DNA of 64,000 nt. Origin: Lingula anatina. Lineage: Eukaryota; Animalia; Brachiopoda. The stretch spans positions 39,562,401-39,626,400 of the forward strand of contig CM120641.1 of NCBI GenBank assembly GCA_051362555.1, written 5' to 3'. Below are positions 24,180-35,997 of the stretch, one piece after another (position 1 is the first letter of the stretch; each line of letters opens with the position of its first letter). The notes beneath the pieces are model-generated. The model did not search any database and was not told the origin of the DNA. It saw only the letters and a program-made list of their open reading frames with translations. Position numbers and translations under genes: made by a program.

Positions 24180-27100
24180 ATTAAAATTAATAAATAAATA
24201 AATAAACAAAAGACATGCAATAACCCCGACTCCGAGTTTCACGGGCATACCCAGAAGGTATGCCCGATCGTCAGGAGGTTTATTTGAAAAATCTATATAT
24301 TGTATATGATATACATTAAAAAGAAAATAACAGTGCTACATGTAGAAGCTGATAATTTATATAGACTTGCCCTTCAAGAAATGTTTCTAAAATGTCCATT
24401 CAAATTTGAAAATGAGTAATTTTCTATTTCTTGAAGGGCAAGTCTACCATTCATATACATTGTGTACAGTACGTGTACCAGTGAAGATGGGTGTACACAG
24501 TGAAGGTTAGAAATGGCAGGGCCTGTCACAGGCTGTCAATGCTACAGGCTACAGTATTACTCACTCCATGTGGCAAAGACAATTGAATGTAATTTGTATA
24601 AACATGATTTTTATTTATATATATTTATTCATTATTACTATCATAAATTCACAGAATGATATGACTTAACGTAATTGTACAAAGAAACAAACAGTATTTA
24701 CTGAAGACTGAAGAGGATGAAGAATTCAACACATGGCACAAATTACATCAGTTATATAATTACAGAAACAAACACTCTTTTAAATTAAATTTAATTGAAT
24801 TCTGAATCATTCAGCAGGGGATGGATTAATCTAATTTTCTTCTCATTTTCTTCTTTGTTGAAAATTGATAATCATGACCAACTGCTGCCTTAATTAAAAG
24901 TTTTTTTTAATTCATTGAATTCTACTTACATTACTTATATGTAGTATCTGTTCACCAGACAATTAAAGTTTGTGTTATTGATGTGCTGATTGCAGAAAAA
25001 GATGAAAAAGACCCATTTTAAGCATTATACCCAGCATATTACAGAAGAGTATTATGACAGGTAGGTACAAGCACATCACTTCTTAAAGATCTCGAGTGTT
25101 TTTAGTGTGGTTTGCTTCAGAATTGGTGTCAGTTCAAATATGGTAGTTGCCATTGGCGGAACCTTGCTAAAGTGAATTCCCAGTCAACCTGCGAAAATAT
25201 TAGTTTTGCTTTAAATGCCAGTCGAATCTTTTCACTATCTGCTTTGAGGCTGAAATTTGCATTAACAAATTCGGACAAATGTGCCCTAGCTTCCATCTCA
25301 ACAGTACCTTCTCCATGGTCATATTTTGCTTGTATTCCTACATTTACTGCAGTGCCTGGGGGTCTAAATTGTACATCAAGTGAAGGTGTATCACTTAGTT
25401 GAAGGTGGGCTTCAGTAAAAAGCAATGGTGAAAACTTTATGACAAACTTGCTTGGGAAACCTACATGCCCATTCTCAAACTTGAAGCTAATGGAACCCTG
25501 ATATTCACACCAGGGGCTTCTGCAAGTGGCTAGTCTGAAGAAGTGGCTGGCTATCAGTGACTTGGGGTACTTAGTGATAAATCTCTGTAAAACTTTAACA
25601 AACTTTGGAACAATTTGAAGCTGTTCAATTTTAAGCTTAGCCTCGGTGGACCCAAAAGCCTTTATCCAGTGTTGTAAAGCATCAAGACATTGTGACAGTC
25701 CTTCTGTGGTGTCTATGATAGCTTTTAGTTGCTGTTGAAACTCTGTAAGTTGAAATTGTTCCTTGTCTTGAAACTCCACTGCTATATTTAGCAAACTTGA
25801 AGAAAGTAGTGGGATACTAAAATTGTAAAGTAAAAAGACGATGTTGAGGCTATTTCATAGTAAATTGATTTTAGTGTAATCATGAAATAATTTGGAAAGT
25901 GAAAGTAAACCTTATTGTTACTAATAAGAATGATTTGAAATTATATGCAATTGATATATGTAGGTAAATCTAAGTTTCAAATAGCCTTCATTTTAATATA
26001 AAAATTGTTAATAAAAAATACATACCTGTCAGACTGTGTGCATGCCAAAATAGATGCAAGTGCTATTAACCAAATTACATAATGAAATGAAACTGACATC
26101 TCTCTGTCTTTTACAAGTATCACTTCAAAAAATTTAACAGCTTGTTCAATGCAGCTTTATGGACTTCCAAGGTTCTTTTTGAAGTTCTGTAGAAAACTGT
26201 ACAAGGTATTTGTATGCCTTTGTAAGTTTCTAAGGAGAGTGATTTGGTGACAGTTTATCCATAGAAACTTCTTTTATATTCCTGTGAAAAGCATGATGCA
26301 TGTGTCATTTGCTGATTGGAAGAATTGAATATCAGCTTAAACCCTTATTGGTCAAAATGCAGGGAAATCCCCCAAGAAGTTTTTGCTCATCTATTTACAG
26401 CCAGATCTCCATAGCACATAATTTTTTTTGTCATGAAATTATTGATTTGCCTACAACAGTCAGTAGTTGTTTCTTTGAACTTAGTATTGGAATTTATTGA
26501 GTCCTTGAATATTTGGAACTTACGTAGTGACTACCACCACTATATTACATAAAGAATGCCACACTAAAATATCATATAGATAAGAATAAAAAATCAATCC
26601 TTTGGATATCTTTTTCTTTCACTTGGCTTAGGCAGTGGGAATGCCTGTATTATTATTATTTACATTTTGTGCAAAATGAGCAGTGTGGTAGTAATTTTAC
26701 CACCTAAAATGGCTGCGAAAGATTTGACATGTGTACCATTTAAGTTGTGCTTAATTAATTTAACACAATCACATAGATGTATTTGTTTGGAAGAGTGCAA
26801 TTTATTACCAGTTAGCATACATGATAGCAAACATCCATAAGACTTGTTTCAGCATGCTCATGCATTTGTGGTAAATCCTGATATAAGTCTTTTTCATATA
26901 TGATCCTGCTGTGATGCAAACTCTGGCTAAGTACATACATAATACCTGAGAGATTATCTTCTTTTGCTGGGGTAGCACTAAGGCCTCATTCAGAATAGGG
27001 GACTAACTAGTCCAAGGGTCAAATATGGCCGACCCACTTGAATACTTCCCCACGGGATATCTATTCAGTGTCTTTTAGCGGATTAGATGGCAAGCTTTGT

Positions 27101-30100
27101 AGTGGGTTGCCATATTTGACCCTCGGACTAGTTAGTCCACTATTCTGAATGGGACCAAATACTCGCCAAGCCAAATGCTAAAACTGACTTAAATTGGAAA
27201 ACAAAAAGGGCTTGATTTGACAAATTTAAGTCAAACTGAGACCATTTAGATAACAAATTGACAAAAAAGTGGTGATTTGGCTAGTCGAAAAAAATTGCCA
27301 GGGCTACCCCAGTCTTGGTCATATTTTGAGCTCTTATCTTGTTTGTCCATTGATAGCACTCTATATAGATCGCATTCACAACGAGTTGAGCCAGGCTTTA
27401 CAAATCTTGGGGACTAAATATGGCGGATGTACATGAAAGAAAAACCACCTAATCTTTTAATAGTCTCTCCGCCTCTCACACGCCTCCCCACACGTCATCC
27501 CTGCAGGGGGGACAGTCATTAAATCTCGGCTCCATTGGGACGACACATGGGGAGGCGTGTGAGAGGCGGAGAGGCTATTAAAAGATTAGGCGGTTTTCCT
27601 TCATGTACGTCCGCCATATTTAGTCTCCAGGATTTGTAAAGCCTGGCTCAACTCGTTGTGAATGCGACCTATGTGCTCATTCCCAGTGAAACTATATAGA
27701 ACAGTCCAACTCTGTGGGGACTCTTGCTGAATGCAATCAGATTAACAGATTGACACACTTCCTCTTGTTTCCAACTTAATCACCAGCTTTTCTGTATTCT
27801 ACTCAGCGCCAGGAAGATGCTTGTTAATCTGATTGCATTCAGTAAGTCCCTGTTGGGGTTGGTTCGATCTATGCAGACCAGCATTTGCATTGGAAATGAG
27901 CCCTATGCATGAAGTTAACAGAATTTAGGAAACACAAAATTAAATGTTCTTTAAAAAATAAGTTCTAGCTTCTGTTATTTAGGTACCAAATAGCCATAGG
28001 ACAGGGTCAGGAACAAGTGTTAGTGAAAATGTCAGAGAAGGTATTTCATTCTTTAATTGCTTTTGCTGTTCAAAGTACATATACAGTAATTTTGTAGAGA
28101 CAGACCAATTTCAGATGCTCTGACATTAAGTCACTCTCAAGACATCTACAGAGTGTGTGCATGTGCACAATTTCATTTGCTAAATTATTCCAGTAAATAA
28201 GTTTCCATAAAATATCTGAAATCTGCTATTACCTTTGGCTTTGGACAATATTAAGTGCCTATGCCTGCTTTTGTTGCAATTGTTAAGTTCTACTAAGTGT
28301 AATTTTATTCAATATTCAATGAGACTGTATACATTGTAGATGCTAGCATTTAATATTTAAAGGTTATTTTATAGCATTTAGTGTTTTTGGTGAATTGCAT
28401 CATCTAAATGTCTTCTCAGGTGTTTATATGGGTCAGTGCATTCATACTGATATGCTTTTTGTCCTCAGCTTCAAAAGTAATGGTAAAATCCATATAAACA
28501 ACATAGATGTATTATTGGATACAATGCTAGCCAAAAATTTGACTAAACTTGATTGGTTTCTTGAAAATTTTAGGTGGACCTTTCACCTATTCTTCTGGCT
28601 AGAATTGTCCTGGAAAGACATTTAGCTCACACAGTGTATGGTGGAGAAAATGGTAAGTGATTAAAAAAAAAAGAAAAGAAAATAAGTGTCAAATAAACTT
28701 TTATTGAAAGAAAATGATATTCATGTAAAGATATGTAATCACTAACTGTAATAAGGAATACCTTTAGTACTGGAAGGAAATACAAACTTTTCAAGCTATT
28801 TGTTTTGTTTCCAGTGCCAAAAAGTGTACTTAGTCAACAGTTGAAAGATCCCAGTTTAATAGAAGATGCCGTGCTGGCCAATGAAGTCAGTCTGGTATGC
28901 AAAGTTTATGTATGGTTTTTACAGTGAAATGCTAATGTCTGCTCACCATCAAACATGCAGTTCTGTACATTTGTTAAACATTAGCAATAAATGAAAATTT
29001 CCATAAACACATTAGCAATAAATGAAAATTTCCATAAACAAAGTAATTGTTGGCTTGTCACATTCTATTGCACTTGTTGATTTATTTTTATTTTCAGTGT
29101 CTTCTCATGGATGATAATTATGGTCATTATGTGGACACTATAAAACAGTATCCTTTTATTTGAACTAAAACAGCATATGGGAGACCTGTTCAAGATTATG
29201 TCACATCAATACAGAAGGCTCTGATATGACAAGCTTTGCAGTTTATAGCCTCATCAGATACAATGATATTTAGCATTGTTAATGACATCAAAAGGCCATC
29301 AAGAAAATGCAGCCAGTGACTGACCATAGGAAAAATAAGTATTTTGAATAATTGTTTGTCTTTCTTTAACATGAACAAAGCTCAGTCGGTCATGAATATG
29401 AACTGCTGCTTAAGGAAAAAGTGGAAGAAAAAGGTCTAGCTTATTTAGGTGAGTTCCACATAAATACCAAACTGCATTAAAATTCTTGATGATATACAAT
29501 TTTGATTTACACAAGTTTATCTTCACTGTTTTAATCAGAAATGAACTTTTTCACTGAAACAGAAGTTTTTCATATTTTTTTGTAAAACACGAGTAAGTCA
29601 TATTCCGTTATTGTGGTCATTTAGAACAAGGTGGTTAACATGCCACACTCCCCCCCCCCACCACCACACACACACACACACACAAACACACACAGTGACA
29701 CACTCTCACACACACTAACCCACAAAAACGGCTAATAATAAATGATAATAACAATAATAGCAATGGCAATAAATAAAGGAATTATTATTTTTGATTGTAA
29801 AAATGCAGGTGAAGATCAGCTGAGGATTAGAGGATATGACAAGACTCCAGACACAAAGCTAGAGGTGCCAATAGGTAAATTAGTCTTTTGGAAGTGTCAA
29901 TTAAATGTGGATTTTATTCTTTTAAAGCCGCTTTTACAATATTTATCAAACCATTTCAACAGCAGAGAAGATAGGAGCTTTAATTTAAGTCTGTCACTTT
30001 CTTTTTTTTTAAAATTGGATGCCACTTTAAAAAAAATAGATTTTTTAAATAAAGATAATACCTTCTGACAATAAATTTCATATTTATTTCAGCTGTAGAT

Positions 30101-30546
30101 GGCCATGTTGTAAATTGGATTGAAAGTAAAGCATCATTTGGAGATGAAGACAGTCATAAGGGATATCTAAAAGACCAGTTTTGGAGTTATTGGAACAGGT
30201 AAATAAGAACAAAAATACCTTATGTTTATTCTTTCAAATCAATGTTTTTCACACTCAGCAACAGGGCAACACACACACACACACGGTTCCAATCTTAACA
30301 TTCCTAACGCAATAGGTAACAAGAATACTAAAATCAAACTCTGTAGAACAGGGTAGTCCAAGTAAAAGTAACATATACCTTTTTTCTGCTTTTAGATTTG
30401 GGCCTGGATTAGTTATCTACTGGTTTGGTTTCATTGATGAACTGGACACAAACAGGGACAAGGGCATCCTACTCATGGACCACTTTCCAGAGAATATAGT
30501 ATACATGAACCCTAAGATAGTGTCTAGGGCACAGTCTGTAACTTGA
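23643..30546 (+). CDS. CDIN1: CDAN1-interacting nuclease 1 (C15orf41 homologue; PD-(D/E)xK-type fold)
   Basis: Approximate exons 23643-23734, 23987-24032, 24996-25060, 27983-28040, 28574-28652, 28815-28894, 29098-29147, 29381-29448, 29809-29873, 30093-30198, 30395-30546. Motifs: '[16 protein letters not shown]', '[12 protein letters not shown]', 'DDNYG..VDTIKHSVGHEYE', '[19 protein letters not shown]', '[12 protein letters not shown]', '[21 protein letters not shown]'. Confidence 0.95.
24093..24175. repeat. (TA)n microsatellite
   Basis: About 40 TA units with one interruption; a (TTA)n run also lies at ~23929-23970. Confidence 0.95.
25129..26099 (-). CDS. Uncharacterised 253-aa secreted protein, nested antisense in CDIN1 intron 3
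   Basis: Coding exon 26099-26026 encodes a signal peptide [24 protein letters not shown] and ends AG|gtatgt (phase 2). It joins in frame through a pyrimidine-rich ttttag| acceptor to the 688-nt exon 25816-25129, which contains the 221-aa ORF of the track. An acceptor at ~26282 implies a further upstream UTR exon. Confidence 0.8.
26981..27156. mobile_element. Palindromic MITE
   Basis: Inverted arms 'cattcagaatag.ggactaactagtcc.agggtcaaatatggc..cccact' and 'agtgggttgccatatttgaccctcggactagttagtccactattctgaatg'. Confidence 0.8.
27365..27671. mobile_element. Palindromic MITE with ~130-bp TIRs
   Basis: tagatcgcattcacaacgagttgagccaggctttacaaatc... is mirrored by ...gatttgtaaagcctggctcaactcgttgtgaatgcgaccta. 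Confidence 0.88.
27675..27902. mobile_element. MITE; family member also at ~62737-62975
   Basis: Termini gctcattcccagtgaaa and tgcattggaaatgagc; internal inverted pair gctgaatgcaatcagattaaca / tgttaatctgattgcattcag. Confidence 0.75.
29148..29380 (+). other. U12-type (minor spliceosome) GT-AG intron in CDIN1
   Basis: Donor GTATCCTTT. Branch TTCTTTAAC lies 10 nt before the intron end, with no polypyrimidine tract. Splicing restores the frame DTIKH-SVGHEYE. Confidence 0.88.
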
Positions 30547-30850
30547 GAATTGGGTTTTCATTTTTTCATATCACCACATAAAATGCAAATGCTATACATG
30601 AAGATGCAGCATGTACCTGAAAGAAAAAATAATGTACCTGGGACTGTAGCCAGGGGAGGGTTTAGAGCAAACCACCTTTTTTGCTGCTGTGGGCAAAAAC
30701 TGATATAGATACAATGTTTTAGTGGTAAAAGGTCCACCTTTTTTCTGAAAAGACCCCTCCAAATTTGCTGGCTAGTAGCCTGGTTTTCCAGGCTGTCTAC
30801 TGAAGGGGGTGCCATTCCTGTAAATAGATACAGCATGCACTAGTATGTTG

Positions 30851-31208
30851 TCAAGGCACTGTCACACCTAGCATGTAGCACTAAAGAAAAATTACCCATA
30901 CCCATAAGAAAAATTACCCATACACAGACAAATGCAAGGTCTTCATAAGAATTATGTTGTATACTCAGGCACACATTGGTGTTCACTCCCTTACTCTGAG
31001 GGAGATACAGTGTTTTAAGCATGTTCAAAAAAACAATTTCAAACCCATCTTGTATCTTCATTTTAATATTTTGATATGCTGGAAATGGGATTGTATCTTC
31101 ATTTTGATATGCTGGAAACGGGGTGATTTCATACATTCAAAGTTGTGTGTATAATTGGTGTCACATGATGCACATACGTCTTTATGCTAGGTGTGACAGA
31201 GCCTTCAC
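30851..31208. mobile_element. Degenerate MITE-like inverted repeat downstream of the CDIN1 stop
   Basis: aaggcactgtcacacctagcat (~30853) is mirrored by atgctaggtgtgacagagcctt (~31184). Confidence 0.55.
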
Positions 31209-32434
31209 TTAGGGCATGTGGTATCAGTATATTATAGTCAAGAGAATCACCAAAAATTACAATACGCTTAGCAATTTTCTTTTTCAGATTTTCTTCATAA
31301 CATTGGCAGATGTTGAAAACTTATTAATAAATATTGAAATATTGAAAACTTGTCACAGGTGGTCAGTTACATTAAGGTTGATGATTTACACTTGATTTCT
31401 GTTCAAGGTCACCAGCTGACTGACAGTGAGGTACTTTTGTCCTCCCAGTTGTATCATTTTAGATCTTTTGGTCCAAAGAAAAAATATTTGTTGCAAAATC
31501 AGGCGTGTATCTTTACCCCCAAAAAAAGATTATTGTAGACATATCAAAATAAGTTTTTCAGTCGCAGTGTGGTAAAAATAACCCAGCTCTTTGTTCAAAA
31601 CATATATGAACACTGGTCAGAATTGGACAATATTTTATTCTGAAATTTTACAATGAAAAAACTGAAAAGTGTTAGACTTGGGAAACGATGTCTTTTTGGC
31701 AGTGCATAGTATTCACAGTGTCATTATCAAAAAAAAAAAAAAAAAAAAAAAAAACTAACACAAAAGTATAACAATTAGTAGTATATACTGCTATGTATAA
31801 ACATACAGATATTATTAGTATCAAAATAAATATCACGATGTACTTTTGTGTATAAATGTACATTCTTGATAATGTGTCATTATGCTGCAGGAGGAATACA
31901 TAAAAAACAATGAGGAATTCTTTCACAACACTGACTTTGTCATCTTTGGTAAAATACTAGAAAATAATAAGATCACAATCTATTGTGAAATGAGAATGCA
32001 GAGGTTGAATGTCTGAAAGATTTATGTAGCACAACCTGTAAAGTTATTCCATTCAACTTAAGTTGCAATTATTCAGAGTATTACTATCAAATAAAAAAGT
32101 GCAACCTTTGCTATATAATTTCATTCACCATGAATTGGTCTGAATGAATACTCTTACTTGAATAGTTAATAGTCACAGTGAATTAAATTTGTAGACAGTA
32201 TACATACACAGTAAGCATGCAGTATAAACTGATTTTAAATGTCATTCAAACATAATTAAAAGAAGACTATGCCATCAGCACGTTATTTGTTTATCTGAAA
32301 CATTACAGTTTGCAACCACGTAAAATAAGCTTAATAAAGAATGTTTTCAACATTGTGAATCACTTCTTTGATAAGCACATTTAATAAAATAAATTACCCT
32401 ATTGCAATGCCACGCCTATCTAGCTCTCACACTT

Positions 32435-34090
32435 CTACTTCTCAAAGTTTTTGAAACTCTCCAAGTAGTGATCATTCACTTGTTTCTGCAATTCTTCATT
32501 GGGAACACAATGCACGACATCATACTGCATTTTCAGCTTCATGGCACCTTCCATCTCCTCCATACATATAGTGGCAATACCTGAAATGAACAATTAACTT
32601 AAAGCATAAAATTTGCTCCTGAACAGGCCTTGAACTTCATATGATTTCTAATTTTCCACCTTAGTTGGACAAATGTCTCGGAAGGAAAGTACGTAGATAA
32701 TGCAACTTCAGTATGTTCTTATACCTGCCACTTTTCCACCTGCCTTTTCAATGAGGTTGACAGCAGCCCACATTGTGCCACCTGTCTCTATCCACTGATC
32801 AACCACCAGCACCCTGGTACCTGAGGAAAAACAAACAGCGAACTAAGAGAAAAGTTAGTTTTATTTTTTCATATCTAAAACAAAGAAAATGCAAGTTACT
32901 GCGCATTCTACATGTAAAGTTAAATGCTTTAAATGAAATATTATTATGCTGAAAGGAATGTGGAAAAGAATAGATTGATCCACAGTTAGTATGGTAGGGT
33001 CTGGGAATGGACCCTACCATACTAACTGTGGATCAATCTATCTCCAAGGGGATTCTTGCTGAATTGCAATCAACTTAAGTGGCTTAAATGTCTGTCATGC
33101 CTACTGAAGCTGCTAGGGGGTAATTAATTATCTTTAAGCAGCTGCCACTTAAGCTGAAAGCAATTTAGTGAGAAACCCCTTGGAGATAGATTGATCCTGT
33201 TAGATTGATCTAGGTATTGGAACCCACTCTTGAGTAACTTTACTTAAAAGAGAGATGCACAAACTAATGCTGCATACCATGTGGAAATGGATTTTGCCTC
33301 ATTTCTAAACTTTTCTGCTTCTTCTGGTAGTCTGTATAGTCAACAGTACTCACATCCACAGGTAAATGACCAGCTTTTCTAATCATCAGAAATCCTTTTT
33401 TGAGGTGATAAGCAATTGCTGAACCTGAATAAAATTATTAGCCTTGAAAGTTATGACAGACAGCTACTTAAATATCAATAATGAGTGTTTGAATAGTATA
33501 ATCCTATTCCATTGACAAACAAGGGATTGTAATGCCTTTCTTCCTTCAAAGTCCAAAAAGATGAAATTGTTATAGCTTAAAATACAACAAAGGGAATGTT
33601 TCTTGGTACTCTCAGCTTACCTAGCACAAACCCTGTACCATCAATCCCTGCCACAAGATCAATTTCAGAATGATCAAAAGGTCTAACCATATCAGCAACA
33701 CAATCTTGCATAGCCTGGGATTAAACAAAAAAGAAACCAGAAATAAAAAAATACGGTGACAATTAAAATAAGAGCATTCAATATAGAACAGAGATAAAAT
33801 TTTGATTTTATTCTAGTACAAGTATGATCAATCCCCAATTGATATTTTATTATGATAACAATTATATGGCCACAATTTATATTCTACAGGTACTACAGTA
33901 CTGGTAAAATTTTCCATGATAGTGATGTTGTGGAACATACATATTTGTAAGCATGTATACTTATTTCAATTTATACTACCTCTGGGTTCAAGTAAATAGC
34001 AGAAGGATCCAGCCATGCATATGCTGGCCCTCTCACATTTGGCATTGCCAGTGACAAGTACCAGCCAGGTTGCTTATCTTTACCTGACAT
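32435..34090 (-). CDS. Adenine phosphoribosyltransferase-like type I PRTase (atypical paralogue), 5 coding exons
   Basis: Approximate exons 34090-33980, 33715-33621, 33425-33278, 32820-32726, 32580-32435. Translation: MSGKDKQPGWYLSLAMPNVRGPAYAWLDPSAIY...[36 protein letters not shown]...RVLVVDQWIETGGTMWAAVNLIEKAGGKVAGIATICME...FKNFEK*. Confidence 0.9.
32970..33200. mobile_element. Compound palindromic element (hairpin plus MITE) in an APRT-like intron
   Basis: Perfect hairpin tagattgatccacagttagtatggtagggtc-N8-gaccctaccatactaactgtggatcaatcta. It overlaps a second inverted pair ggatcaatctatctccaagggg / ccccttggagatagattgatcc. Confidence 0.75.
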
Positions 34091-34704
34091 TGTATCCTGA
34101 AATTTGTAAAGTAGCATAGGTAAAACATCTTTAGGTTTGTGCAAAGTGCACGATATAAAATATATAACAGGATATTAGTAAAAGTTAAAATCTATTTTCA
34201 AGAGTGGCTTGACGGATTTAACTTATCAACATGAAAACAATGTACAACATGTACATGTTCTGGTACTACGTGCTTTTGGTTGCACTTTCACATTTCAATG
34301 AATGTCATTGACATCCTGAAATTTGAACAGTAATAGCAGTCAAAGTCTCTACTTGTGCTTCAAAAACCTTAGTTTTGCAGTGTATATGTTCAAAAGGCAT
34401 ACAGACTTGTAATAGCCTAGTTCGAAATCACAGCAGGTTATTGCCTGGGGGCTATCAGCTGGGCCACGGTGATACCACCCCTTGTTTGGAGAAGCTTGTT
34501 TCTGACCCAGTGCTCTTTTACTCACGGAGGAAGGAAAATCCTACTATTTACATTCTGTTATCTCGGTCTTTCTCGGTCTCTCACGGTACCTGCTTTGCAC
34601 ATTAGCATTCCTCTTAGCTACAACGGCGACAGAACCGCTGTCAAAGCAGAGAGGGATTGGGTACACTTCTTTATTTTTTTCTGGCTGGAAGGTAAGCAGC
34701 AACC

Positions 34705-35963
34705 ATGCAGGAAGTAACGCGGTACTTTACGCCGTCAGTTGTTGGAGCGCTGGTTGCAATTTTCCTGACAGTTTCTCCAAAACCGGTGGAAGATTTGCTG
34801 TCGGTTGGAGAGCAATGGCTCTCCCCAGCAATCCGAGCAGCTTTGCCGCAAAACCTGAATACTGGAGTGACGGCAATGATCGGGTTCTTTTTGGGATTCA
34901 GTTTCATGCATTTTTGGCTTTGGTTCCGTTGGCAGCTGTTAAGGATGCTGTTTTCTTACAGAGGATGGATGTATAATCCCAAGTCCGTTGCAACCAAGGT
35001 ATGTGGGTGTGTCTTCATTTTAGTGGGCACATTTGTGCTTTCAAAAGATAACAGCAAGTCTGGAAATTCAATAGTTTGGAATGTGGCGTCTTTAGGAGAA
35101 ACGTGTTCTTCGGTGGTTTGATTTGAAAGATAGGGGAATACTAAAGGGGAATATCGACATATCAGATACGTTAATATGAGGGGTCTTGTTATTTATGGTC
35201 TAAGTTGGAATAGATGATCAGATTTGCAAGGTAGGTAGACATAGACTATATTGTTATATATATCCAAATAATAGTTAACACTCATTTGAGGACATCGGTA
35301 CTGCCCTGCATTATGTATTTGCAGGAGATAACTGATCTCATAAGGTCCAGCATGTTTAGTTACCCAATATTGACTTAACATCGGCGTTGTGCTGTTATCA
35401 GTATATGCTAATATTAAGTCATGCATGTAAGGGGATGCACGTGTTTGCTACAGTTGTTGTGGCAGTCATGTCTGATGCTACCCATCTTGAATTTCAGAGT
35501 CTCTATATGAAGCTAACATTCATATCAAACCATATTATACTAGTAGGCTTAGTATTTCTCCTGAGCTTTGTCCATATTTGGCATAGTGTATTTTAGTTGA
35601 GACATGATAGGCTACTCAAAAAGCAAAATTAATTCCTTTATCATCATGTTGTTCACATATAACAAGTTTTAAATGTTTTTTATTTTTATTACTTATTTTA
35701 GTGAAAGCAGTATACTAGTAAATCTTTTTATCAGCAATGTTTCAATTATATTTGTATAATTTAAGGCACTGTCTAGCCATCATGGAATTTAGGTTATCAA
35801 TTGGAGCATCCTACACTGAAATGGGTTATCTCTTTCCCTTCATTTCATTGATATTTTTTTCATTGACCAGGTTCATCTTATCAATTCCACCAAGATGCCA
35901 GACTGTATTGTAAAAAGTAATTTCATCACGCAAAAAAAAAAAAAAAAAATAATAATAATAATA

Positions 35964-35997
<34 letters not shown>

